From IMG/VR virus record IMGVR_UViG_3300005573_000055, positions 91,524-155,523 of that record: a DNA stretch of 64,000 nt, one strand, 5' to 3'. The notes under the pieces are model-generated. The model did not search any database, was not told the DNA's origin, and saw only the letters and a list, made by a program, of their open reading frames with translations. Both the position numbers and the translations under genes were made by a program. Below, piece by piece: positions 44,410-54,400 of this stretch (within the stretch, counting starts at the first letter, position 1; each line of letters opens with the position of its first letter). Source of the DNA: a virus.

Positions 44410-45018
44410 ATGAACATTGAAACATATTCTGAAACCTATACATCTTTCTCTGGCGCAGATATTAGAGCCTACACAGGCAGTACACAATTTGCAACTCTGC
44501 AAGCTATATCATATTCTATCACCAGAGAAAAAGGGCCGGTCTATACAATGCTCGGCTCTCCTGATCCATTTGCTTATGCAAGAGGAAAAAGAGCTGTTGC
44601 AGGAAGTCTGATTTTTCTTACCATATCTGAGCAAGCATTACTAAGTCACATGAAAAAGGCTGGTCAAGCTAAATTCTACTCTGAAAATCAAGAAATCCGC
44701 TACGACAAATTAGATCCAGCTGACATACAAGCTGTATTCCGCACAGCTACGGTTGATACTTACGGCGAGCAGGTAGATGCTTGGTATGCCGATCAGATAT
44801 TGCCATTTACAATTCAGCTTGTAGCCGCCAACGAATATGGTAAAGCTATGAGAAGAAGTTTCTACGGCGTTGAAATATTAAACGAAGGCGGCGGTGTATC
44901 GGTAGATGATCTTGCTTTAGAGGAATCATATACATTTGTAGCACGAGGCTGTTCTCCTTGGACTGCAGTGTCTACAGGTTCACCGGCCAGTGCTAATTCT
45001 TCAGGCACAATTGTATAA
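44410..45018 (+). CDS. tail tube protein
   Basis: Follows sheath; FSGADI, ISYSITREK, RGKRAVAGSL, GVEILNEG. Confidence 0.75.
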   Translation: MNIETYSETYTSFSGADIRAYTGSTQFATLQAISYSITREKGPVYTMLGSPDPFAYARGKRAVAGSLIFLTISEQALLSHMKKAGQAKFYSENQEIRYDKLDPADIQAVFRTATVDTYGEQVDAWYADQILPFTIQLVAANEYGKAMRRSFYGVEILNEGGGVSVDDLALEESYTFVARGCSPWTAVSTGSPASANSSGTIV

Positions 45019-45067
45019 CATATATCTTCATTTCGCAAAATTCAGCATCTTAAAGCTGTCATTTTGC

Positions 45068-45107
45068 AAAAGCCTCCATTCATTTTAGATGATGGAGGCT
45101 TTTTTTT
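45068..45107 (+). terminator. bidirectional intrinsic terminator
   Basis: AAAAGCCTCCAT...ATGGAGGCTTTTTTTT. Confidence 0.8.
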
Positions 45108-45121
45108 GCTTGATTTGTCAT

Positions 45122-45150
45122 TTGACAACAACTTTTTTTGCAATATAAAT
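45122..45150 (+). promoter_or_regulatory. sigma70-like promoter
   Basis: TTGACA-16 nt-TATAAA just after the terminator and before 45172. Confidence 0.45.
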
Positions 45151-45171
45151 TATACATTTTGAGGGTATACT

Positions 45172-45897
45172 ATGTCAATACATCAGCCACTCGAACTGGA
45201 TTCTGATTTGGAATTTACAACGATTTCACAAAATCCTGCATCCAGCACCAAATCTAATAAAAAGACTGGTACTGTAGAACTTGTGCATAGCGGACTATTT
45301 TCAGGATCCGATATAACTGTGTATGCTGCTTTACCTTCAAAGGTAGCCGATGGTGAGTTTTTCTTTAAACAGATTACTGAAATAGAAACTTTGTCGTATT
45401 CGGTCTATAGATATAAACGTTCGGTATATGGACTTGGTAACTCAGCGCCACGAGGATTTACACGCGGCAGTCTAACTGTGGCTGGCACAATTGTTTTTAC
45501 AGTTGGATATGAAAGAATACTTAATGACCTATTGTTGTATTATGAAAGCCACAACGACTCATCTGCTTCGGCTAATAAATATTTTAGAATAGACCAGCTG
45601 CCGCCGATTAATCTGTATGTTGAACTTCACAATGAATACGGTAATGCTTCAAGACTTGGTATACTTGGTGTAGAATTTATGAATGAAGGTCAAGTAATGT
45701 CAGTTGCAGATTTGATAATTGAAAATTCTGTAAACTATATGGCCCGTGATATCATTCCTCTTGAGTCATATAAAGGTTCCACAAAGTCGGTAGGAATTAA
45801 ACCAGGCCAGGAGCCTATTCCAACACGTAAATCTTTCAATCAGCTGCTTGATGAAGCCGTCCAAGAAATTAGTAAGCGGAGAGCATTATGGCTGTAG
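45172..45897 (+). CDS. tail tube-like protein (paralog 2)
   Basis: FSGSDI, LSYSVYR.K, RG..TVAGTI, GVEFMNEG. Confidence 0.7.
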   Translation: MSIHQPLELDSDLEFTTISQNPASSTKSNKKTGTVELVHSGLFSGSDITVYAALPSKVADGEFFFKQITEIETLSYSVYRYKRSVYGLGNSAPRGFTRGSLTVAGTIVFTVGYERILNDLLLYYESHNDSSASANKYFRIDQLPPINLYVELHNEYGNASRLGILGVEFMNEGQVMSVADLIIENSVNYMARDIIPLESYKGSTKSVGIKPGQEPIPTRKSFNQLLDEAVQEISKRRALWL

Positions 45898-46574
45898 GAG
45901 CTTTAAGCAATATTAATGCTTATAAAACTGTTTACTTCTCCGGCAGTCAAGCAAGAATCTACATTAACGATTATCTTGCCGAAGAGGTAACACAAATTGA
46001 CGGTTCGTATTCATATGCTCACTATCCTATCTATGGATATAGATCAAAACACTTTGATGCCGTTGCAAGCGGCAGAGTGCTTGTATCTGGCAACTTAATG
46101 ATTAATTATATATCAAGCGGATATCTATATGCATTTGCTAAAGCTTTAATGCAAGAGACCATTGCTGCAGCAGATACAATGACAGATACTTCTAAACAAA
46201 CTTTAAAGTCAGCAAAGACAACACTTGATGACCTGTTATATAACTATAATCAACAAATTACCAAACCGCCAGAACAGACATTGCTCTTTGACCAAAATAA
46301 AATCAAAGAGCTGCGCAATAACTATTGGGGTATAGACAGAGCCATTAAAGATATAGATATCGATGGTCTCCGTCCTGAATTTGTCTATGGGCCATATACT
46401 ATTACCATCAGAGACTTCAAGATTGGTAATACCTTAGAAGAAGCTTTAATGAACAATGCGTATGAAGAACGTGTGCTTCTTAATGTATTTTTAACAGACT
46501 GCTCTACGACACGCAATCTTACAGGAGACCCAGTTGCTGAAGTTTACTCATTTATAGCACAGACCATGATTTAA
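45888..46574 (+). CDS. tail tube-like protein (paralog 3)
   Basis: YFSGSQ, PIYGY, G.VLVSG.L.IN, C-terminal YSFIA. Confidence 0.6.
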   Translation: MAVGALSNINAYKTVYFSGSQARIYINDYLAEEVTQIDGSYSYAHYPIYGYRSKHFDAVASGRVLVSGNLMINYISSGYLYAFAKALMQETIAAADTMTDTSKQTLKSAKTTLDDLLYNYNQQITKPPEQTLLFDQNKIKELRNNYWGIDRAIKDIDIDGLRPEFVYGPYTITIRDFKIGNTLEEALMNNAYEERVLLNVFLTDCSTTRNLTGDPVAEVYSFIAQTMI

Positions 46575-46603
46575 TTCATTAATAAACAAACAAAGGAGTA
46601 CTT

Positions 46604-47107
46604 ATGCCAAAAAGTGAATTCTTAGAACAAATGAAATCAGTTCATGCTCAAGTGGAACAAGAAACAGCTAAACTCAAAGCAGAATCTGAGAAGATTGAAG
46701 AAGCTGAAAAAGAAGAAAAAGCATCGCAGCAGAAGACTCTGCTTGATCTTATATTGGAAGAATGCTCTGATTTAACACCGCAGCAGATTAACAGCTGGAA
46801 AGACCAGTTTGGTGCAATTTATGCATCCAGATTTGACAAAGGTGAAATCTTTATCTATCGCTTTCTTGCCTACCCTGAATATAAACAAATTCGTCAGAAC
46901 ATTGAAAAAAGCACTCTTCCGCCTGCCCAACTCCAAGAACTGTTTGACGAGATGATTGTCGAAAAATGTGTTTTGTATCCTTCTATTACACCAGACTTTA
47001 AGATGCTTGTGAAAGCTGGAACTATAGGCACACTTGCAGAGCAAATTAGGATTGCAAGTAATTTTCTGCCAGATGCTGTAGTTTATGAACTGATTAATAA
47101 AATATAA
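46604..47107 (+). CDS. putative tail assembly chaperone
   Basis: Position; WK.QFG.IY...F.YR.L...EY, CVLYP, AG...TL..QI...SNF. Confidence 0.6.
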   Translation: MPKSEFLEQMKSVHAQVEQETAKLKAESEKIEEAEKEEKASQQKTLLDLILEECSDLTPQQINSWKDQFGAIYASRFDKGEIFIYRFLAYPEYKQIRQNIEKSTLPPAQLQELFDEMIVEKCVLYPSITPDFKMLVKAGTIGTLAEQIRIASNFLPDAVVYELINKI

Positions 47108-47139
47108 TAAAGATATAACACTGTTCTCTAAGCGATGAT

Positions 47140-47778
47140 ATGCATCCACTCCTATATGCAAAGAAAAAATACGGGAATATATACAGTATCAAGTTCAATG
47201 ATACAACAATCGCATTCTTCCGGCTTCTTACATACAAAGAATATCTTTCATATAAAAATCTTATAAATGCGTATTCATTCCTCGAGCTAGAGCTGCAGCA
47301 GGACATATTAAAACAATGCCTGCTGCAGTATATATCTCCAATAGTATTATACAAAGCAGGACGGCTGACAAAAGCCGATATGCAATACAACTATGTTAAT
47401 TTTACCACAGCAATGGAGTTTATAGAAGCTGGCAGTGTTGATACACTTGTTCGTATTATACTAAGACATTCTGGACAAGATAACTTAGATGATTTTCTGC
47501 GTGATGTGGATACAAACCGTATGCTCGCTGAAATAAATTACATTGAAAGAATACTATCAGTTGTATCCCTGACATTTAAGATTCCGCTGAATGATTTATA
47601 TAACATGCAGTATCCCGAGCTGCTTAATTTAATTAATCAAACAGAGTTTGCTATATTAGGCCGTATACCAGAAGTTCCATTTAAACTTGCTGAAAATAAA
47701 GTAGCTAAACCAAAACTTGATCCTCTACAGCAGGCACTATTAAGCATCCAAGATAAAACAAACAAGGCAGGTAAATGA
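47140..47778 (+). CDS. putative second tail assembly chaperone (paralog)
   Basis: KKYGNIY...FFRLLTYKEY, AGSVDTL. Confidence 0.5.
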   Translation: MHPLLYAKKKYGNIYSIKFNDTTIAFFRLLTYKEYLSYKNLINAYSFLELELQQDILKQCLLQYISPIVLYKAGRLTKADMQYNYVNFTTAMEFIEAGSVDTLVRIILRHSGQDNLDDFLRDVDTNRMLAEINYIERILSVVSLTFKIPLNDLYNMQYPELLNLINQTEFAILGRIPEVPFKLAENKVAKPKLDPLQQALLSIQDKTNKAGK

Positions 47779-50700
47779 TTAATCGAATAAGACAAGCTGC
47801 TATAGCATCAGAAGATGAAAATTATCGCAGGGATCCTTTTGCATCTTTTGGTGCTGCAGCTGGTAAATTTGCTGCTGGTTACCTGCTCAACCGTGCACTG
47901 CTTTACGTTCCTACGGGCATTGACCGCAGACATCTACGTTATCTGTGGCATTATAGAGTTCCGCCTGGTATACCTGTTACTCACTATCCTGGATTATATG
48001 CAACCCATAGTGCATCTGTAAGAGAGGTTATCTGGAATGCTATTAAAGCTACGGAAGAGACTCTCTTTAAGATGCCGAGAGCATTTTCTGCTTCTGCTCT
48101 GTATGGATCTGGTATTTATTCACGCGGCAAATTTGTAGTTCCTGAGTTCTTTGAAAATTATGGCAATGTCCAATACTTAAATCGTATTGGAGCTGATCTT
48201 TCGAATATAGATTTCAAAAGAGGCGTTAGGTTTGAACGCGGTATCCTCTATGGCTTTGATGTATTTGGCAATGAGCATGTTATTTTAGAGTCTGCACGAG
48301 CTTATCCTGCATATTGGGGTAAAACACTTGGACTTCAGGGATTTACTCCAAAGGCTATTCGTGCTTTATATAGTAAATACAATATACCTATAGGCCAGCA
48401 GGACGTTATATTTACACGCGGTGGACTGCGTGGAGTTCGTGAAATTTTCGAAGCCATAGCTACTGTAGCTGCTGAAAACTACGTCAAACTGCTTGATAAT
48501 CCATTTGCTCTGTGGCTTGAACTTACTGGTAAGAGTATTGAAAATGCAAGTCCAGCTGTGCGGCGGCTTGCTGAGAAATTTTTCCTGAAAGATCAATTTG
48601 GTGTAGGCGGTAAAACATTCCTAAGAGGCGACTATCGTAATATACTAAGAACACATTTTTTGCGCGGACTGCCTAAGATTGCAGCTGGTATTATTGGTTA
48701 TAAAACTCTTTCACACTTAGTTCAACTTGCAACTGGATATACGATAGGTGGACACTTTGCTAATATATATCAAGGCACCACACTTGCTTACACTAACATA
48801 TCCGACATAACAGGGCTTACAGCTTACAGTAAAGCTCAGGAAAAAGTTGCACCTGGCTCAACTTCACTTGCTGGTCTGCTTGCTTTCCCGTTGTCATTTG
48901 GCATCTTTGGAGCTACAACGGGTAAGATCATAGACATAATGGAGCGTGAAAGTATTCAGCATGGCGGTGAAGCTCCGATATTCTTTAGGCGTATTGCTTC
49001 AAAACTTGAAGAAGCTCCAAATGTTATTGGCCGTATAGCATCAAGAATGCATCTATCTTCATATAGAAGAGTTGGTGCTTTTGGTTTAATGGGTGCTTTG
49101 GCTGGCGGTTTGGCTGTACTGCCATTCCTGCCAGGTGTTATTGGTTCAAAGAGAGATACAGAAGAACTTGAGCGTATTTATTCAGGTGAGCAGCTTGTAG
49201 AGAAACGGCGCGGTGCTTTCTGGGAATTTGGAATATCACCGTGGGAAGGAGATGATATAGAATACTTTGCGCCGCATTGGACTGTAAAGCTTAAAACAGA
49301 TGCAGCAACAAAAGGAAGACTACCTGAAGAATATTACAACAATAGATTTGCACTCTGGCTCGAAAGATTATTTAATCCTTATGCTCTTGAAGAAGCTTTA
49401 GATGAAGAACGTCCTTATACATTTTGGGGACCCTCAGATTGGGGTTTAGGGCTGGCAGAAAAACTGCTTTTGCCTGTTAAATATGCACTGAAACCTCTTG
49501 CACTTGCTCATCCAGAAGGGCTTGAAGGCATCCATCCGAGACTCCGCCCGCAGCTTCGCCCTGAGATGCCAGAAGAACTGAAGTCCCAGTATATCGATGA
49601 AAGAGGTTATGTAATTAGACCTCAACTGCCCACATCGCTTCAATCCATGCTTGCTGAAAACATGTATTCAGCAATGGATCTTGCAGGTGTGCAGGGATTT
49701 TTATTTCAAACCCTGTATAGCAAGTTAAGCGGTGAGCAGTCAGCTTTAACTCCGCTGGCTGAATATGAAACTTCTGGCAGAATTCTATCGATGCAAAGAA
49801 GATACTGGGATTTAGATATTGGCGGCGGGCTTGGCACAACAGAAGCTTACAGACGTCTTAACCCAGATAGACCTTATGAAACCCAATATATCCCATCTCC
49901 TTTGCGTAATAAAATGCCATCATGGATGCCTGAAGAATTTCAATATGGCGATCCATATACGCTCATACCAGAAGGTGAATTAAGACTGCCAGGCCGAGGC
50001 TATGCAGCTTTGCATCCTGAATTAGAAGGCATTGAACCTGAAGAGTATCCAGCTGCATATAGAATGGCTATATTAAATGACGTAGCTCCCTACTCTACAG
50101 GATTTTACAAATATAAATATCTTACAGAACAGCAAATTCAACAAGGCAAGATAAGTGAAAGTCAGCTGCGCATCTATCAAGAAGCTTTGCGTCAGCGTGA
50201 GATGATGATGAATGATGAGCAGTTTAATTATGGCGAAGGACCTGTTGGTTCTTACTATCTAACATTAAAAAAGATAGGACGTGCACTGCCTACAGAAGCT
50301 CTTTATCCGTTTGCACCTATACACAAGTTTGCCGGTCCTGTAGATCCACTTACAGAATATTATTCAAGAGAATTGCTTGATAAGCAATTTAAGCTATGGC
50401 AAAATCCTATTAAAGACTTTATCATTCCAGCTATTAATCGAACTGTAAATTTGTTAAATCTTGGTGATACCAGTTTTATACCGCCTGATGTTGCAAAGCG
50501 TTATGAAATTGAGTCTTACTTTAATGCAATGGAGTATCAAAAGAATGAAAACCTAAGACGTCTTGCAGCAGAATATGCTAAAGCAGGCTTTTATGAAGCC
50601 GCAAGTTACATCCGAAGCGGCATTCGTGATACATTATATGAGCACTCTCCATACGAAGATATAGATACACTCAAAAATCTTCTTCCACGTCGGCAGCGTC

Positions 50701-51266
50701 GTTATCTTGAGTCGATGTTAAGACTTGATGAAGCTTCATTTCAAAAAGCTGTAGAAGTAACACCTCCGGAGCTTTCGACAATTCTTCAAGCTCAACGCTC
50801 AAAGCTTGCAATGATGGAAGAAGGAGATATTCAAACTATATCTCAGTTAAGACAAAATGTAAAAATGGGACCTCCAATTGCTGAGATACAAAATATTATG
50901 CCTGGCAATGATTTTATAGGTTGGGCTCCTGGTGTAGATTTAAATGCAATGAAAGTTAAAATACTAAACAACCTTGGCGAGAATATACATGACTATGGTC
51001 TATGGAGAAGCGACGAGCAAAAAGCTATTTTACTTGACGAGCTTAGAAATGGAAAGCTTGAATCATTTTCTCCAATTGAAGAATTTTCATCTGGCATCCA
51101 AAAGCAGCGTGTGCAAGATATGCTAAACAAACTTGGTGTGCCAACAATGTCGATTACTGCACTTCCGACTTCTGGGGCGTCAAGTATTACTATTACAGGA
51201 ATACCCGATAGAAAACGCCAAATACAGCGCAAAATGGATGAATATCGTTATCAGTATTGGCAATAA
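47775..51266 (+). CDS. large virion protein at the tape-measure position
   Basis: 1163 aa following the chaperones; hydrophobic Gly/Ala segments. Confidence 0.55.
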   Translation: MINRIRQAAIASEDENYRRDPFASFGAAAGKFAAGYLLNRALLYVPTGIDRRHLRYLWHYRVPPGIPVTHYPGLYATHSASVREVIWNAIKATEETLFKMPRAFSASALYGSGIYSRGKFVVPEFFENYGNVQYLNRIGADLSNIDFKRGVRFERGILYGFDVFGNEHVILESARAYPAYWGKTLGLQGFTPKAIRALYSKYNIPIGQQDVIFTRGGLRGVREIFEAIATVAAENYVKLLDNPFALWLELTGKSIENASPAVRRLAEKFFLKDQFGVGGKTFLRGDYRNILRTHFLRGLPKIAAGIIGYKTLSHLVQLATGYTIGGHFANIYQGTTLAYTNISDITGLTAYSKAQEKVAPGSTSLAGLLAFPLSFGIFGATTGKIIDIMERESIQHGGEAPIFFRRIASKLEEAPNVIGRIASRMHLSSYRRVGAFGLMGALAGGLAVLPFLPGVIGSKRDTEELERIYSGEQLVEKRRGAFWEFGISPWEGDDIEYFAPHWTVKLKTDAATKGRLPEEYYNNRFALWLERLFNPYALEEALDEERPYTFWGPSDWGLGLAEKLLLPVKYALKPLALAHPEGLEGIHPRLRPQLRPEMPEELKSQYIDERGYVIRPQLPTSLQSMLAENMYSAMDLAGVQGFLFQTLYSKLSGEQSALTPLAEYETSGRILSMQRRYWDLDIGGGLGTTEAYRRLNPDRPYETQYIPSPLRNKMPSWMPEEFQYGDPYTLIPEGELRLPGRGYAALHPELEGIEPEEYPAAYRMAILNDVAPYSTGFYKYKYLTEQQIQQGKISESQLRIYQEALRQREMMMNDEQFNYGEGPVGSYYLTLKKIGRALPTEALYPFAPIHKFAGPVDPLTEYYSRELLDKQFKLWQNPIKDFIIPAINRTVNLLNLGDTSFIPPDVAKRYEIESYFNAMEYQKNENLRRLAAEYAKAGFYEAASYIRSGIRDTLYEHSPYEDIDTLKNLLPRRQRRYLESMLRLDEASFQKAVEVTPPELSTILQAQRSKLAMMEEGDIQTISQLRQNVKMGPPIAEIQNIMPGNDFIGWAPGVDLNAMKVKILNNLGENIHDYGLWRSDEQKAILLDELRNGKLESFSPIEEFSSGIQKQRVQDMLNKLGVPTMSITALPTSGASSITITGIPDRKRQIQRKMDEYRYQYWQ

Positions 51267-51271
51267 AATTA

Positions 51272-51301
51272 AAGAGCCTGTGGCTTTTGCAGCCACAGGC
51301 T
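51272..51301 (-). terminator. GC hairpin, terminator-like on the minus strand
   Basis: AAAGAGCCTGTGGC-TTTTGCA-GCCACAGGCT. Confidence 0.45.
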
Positions 51302-51415
51302 GGAGGTGTAACGTAATACACCAAAATGAAGCAAATCACAATTGAATACTACTCTGAGGAGATCCCCACGACTTCCTCGGTAGTTTCATCTCAAATATAA
51401 ATAACTGCAAAACAA

Positions 51416-54400
51416 TTGTCAAGAACTATGGCAGACGAAAACGTATATCAAAAGCCATCAGAGCATGAAATCTCTCCGCTTGCTATACTCGGAGGCGCTG
51501 CTACATTAACTGCTGCTTCTATATTCGGTGTGCATGCTGCTAAGTACGTCAAGAATTATCAAAAAGCAGCAGAAAGTGCTTCTGTAGTTGCTAAAAGTGC
51601 TGAAGCTAAAGTCAGAGCTCAGTCTAAAGAGACTTTCTCAAGAAAACGGTTTGCAAGTAATATTGCTGATACAATGTTTGATGATTTGCGGCTTAAGAAT
51701 ATACCAACCGAAATGATAAATGTTGAGTTTATAAATGGCATGCCGCGTTTAAAGATTCGTTCTACGCTTATATCTAATATACAGCGGTTTTTAAGCAAAG
51801 AAGATATCGAGGCATTTCAAAATCTTATTCAGACACTTGCAAACCGTATTGGAACTAGTTTTCAGGTTGGCGTGCATTTCAATAATTTGGGTATTCCTGT
51901 ATCTGCAACTGCAATGTTTGGTACTCATAAGGTATCACTTGGCAACTTTGCAATAAATGGTCAAATTATGCATGCTACGTCCGGTGCAAAGTTTAGACAT
52001 ATATACACAGGACAGACATTTACAGACCTCCAAACATATTCAATGTATAATCCACTTGATATTATTGTTGAGGATTCGAGAAATACATTTGCTACAAGAT
52101 TTGTAAGTCCTAAAGGAGTCGAAGCTATCACCAGAGGCAATGTTCCTAACTTAAGAGAACTCTTAAAACAAGAAGTTATGTCCTATAATCGAGCAAGATT
52201 CTTTTTAATTCAACAAGCTATTCAGTCACCGGAATTTAATTCAATATATGGTCTTGAGAGCATTATTACCGATATAGACCAAAGTCTAAGACAGATTGTT
52301 CGTGAAGGTATAAGGAATCCTGCAAAGATAGAAGCTATCCGAAAAGGAATATCCCCTTTGCTTATCAATCCTAAAAATTGGACATTAAAAGAGCTTAGTG
52401 TCTATGATCCAACTATTCAGCAATATGCACTTAACTTTGATAAGTTGGTAGGCGAAACTGCAGATTATATTACTCACCATACATTTGGTCAAAGTAAATC
52501 CAATTATGGAATTGGTATTTTCTCTCATCCATTTGAAGAACAGACTTTAAGTGAAATAATAAAAGATCTAACTGATAAAATTCCACAAGGCGAACATCCT
52601 TTGTACCAAGCTTTTACACGTGAGGCGGTGCCATTAAAACAGATGAATTCGCTTTTCCAAAAAATGCCAGCCGAAGTAAAAGCGTTAATACAATACACAA
52701 ACACAATGCCGATTGGATTTTATTCAGTCCCGCAGAGCGACGAATATGAATTTGCACTGTTTAATAAACTTGCTCAATTAGGAATTGGAAACGCAGGCCT
52801 GCCTATAGCTCCTATGCCTAAAGAAGGCTTGATGATTTCTAGGCAGTGGTTACGTAAAAGATTTATGCTGCCTGAAGTTCTTGATATACCATTTGCCGAA
52901 GAAGGAATTGCAGAGGTAGATCAGAATCTTGATTGGCTGCTTAACTATATAGTATCTCATAGCGTCAATAGCGAAAAACTGCAAACACAGCTTACATCTA
53001 ATAAGTCTATACAAAGACTCCTTTCAGAAAAAAATGATTTACAATATATAAATAACATATTACTCAATAAAGCAACTGGTGCATCAAAAGCACAGATGAA
53101 ACAGGCTCTTCAGTTTAGAAATCAAATGATTCATGCTTTATCCTCCGAAGGCCTGATGGAAACTGTTCTTGAAGATATAGCAAAGAATATTGGACTTAGA
53201 GGTGGTCTTGATATTAAAGCTTTGTATCAGCATATATATAAAACTTATCAGCACGGTGCAAAAGTTAAATTGCCAAATGTTATCACACTTGCTAAACTGC
53301 CATCTAAGCATATAACACTTGAATTAAAGAAGCCAGGCCGCCAGATATTGAAAAATATACGTCTTACTGAAAAAGGTTTAAGATTCGAAATAGCACGCAA
53401 CTACAGTTTTCTTCAAGCCAATACAAAGGTTTGGGGAACAATGAAATCTATCGGTTTGAGAGTTGCCAAAAATCCAAGAGAACTTGTATTTGCTCATATG
53501 ATGGCTAAACTGGGATATCTGCCTAGCGAGATAATAAATTCTGGCAATATAAAGCAGATACGAGAAATACTTCGTGCACTCAAAGAAAAATACATGGATA
53601 TATATAAAATCATTCCAAAAGATGTAACTGTTACACATGACTTCATACGTAGCTCAATAGTAGAAGGAAAAGGCAAAGGCACTCTAGCAGAACTATCTGC
53701 CCTTATAGGCGAACATATAATTAAAAATAATCCAGAATTACAAGAGATATTAGAGAAAATACTTTATCATGAACCTGGCACCAAAAATACAAGTCAACTC
53801 GGATTTGGATTATTTTCTGTAAGTCCTCCATATGACTACTATGGCAGTAATCCTAAAACATCACATGCAATAAACAGCTTGTGGGTTGACCGTCTGTTAG
53901 GTGCAGGTTTTACAAAAACCGCAGGCATTCTTGAAGATATGTTCGATAAAGAAACGTTCTACCTAATGTATAAAACTTTTGCCCCGATGTTTAATCCATC
54001 ACTCATCCCCAAAGATGCCCTCGTTGTTGATTTAGATAAACTTAGCATTAGTTCGGTAACTAAACTTACAAGTGGATTTCTTGATGAATCTATAGAAGAA
54101 GCAAATCGTATTGCCAAAGCGCTTTTCAATATAGATAAAATCTCTCCAACGACAACATTCTTAGTTAGGCATGCCGAGACAACAGCTAATGGTGCTGTTC
54201 AATATAGATATACACCTATCCCTCTCTTTGAAAGCGGATATACATCGACATTTAATGAATTTCACTTTGTAGAACAGGGGCAGCCGATAAGAAAACTTAT
54301 CAATCAAAAGCTTTTTGCTGCGCTAAGACATGAAAAAGAAGGAGACTTTGAAACTGCGGCAAGATTATATCAAGAAGCCAGAGGCATTGTTGCTAAAATA

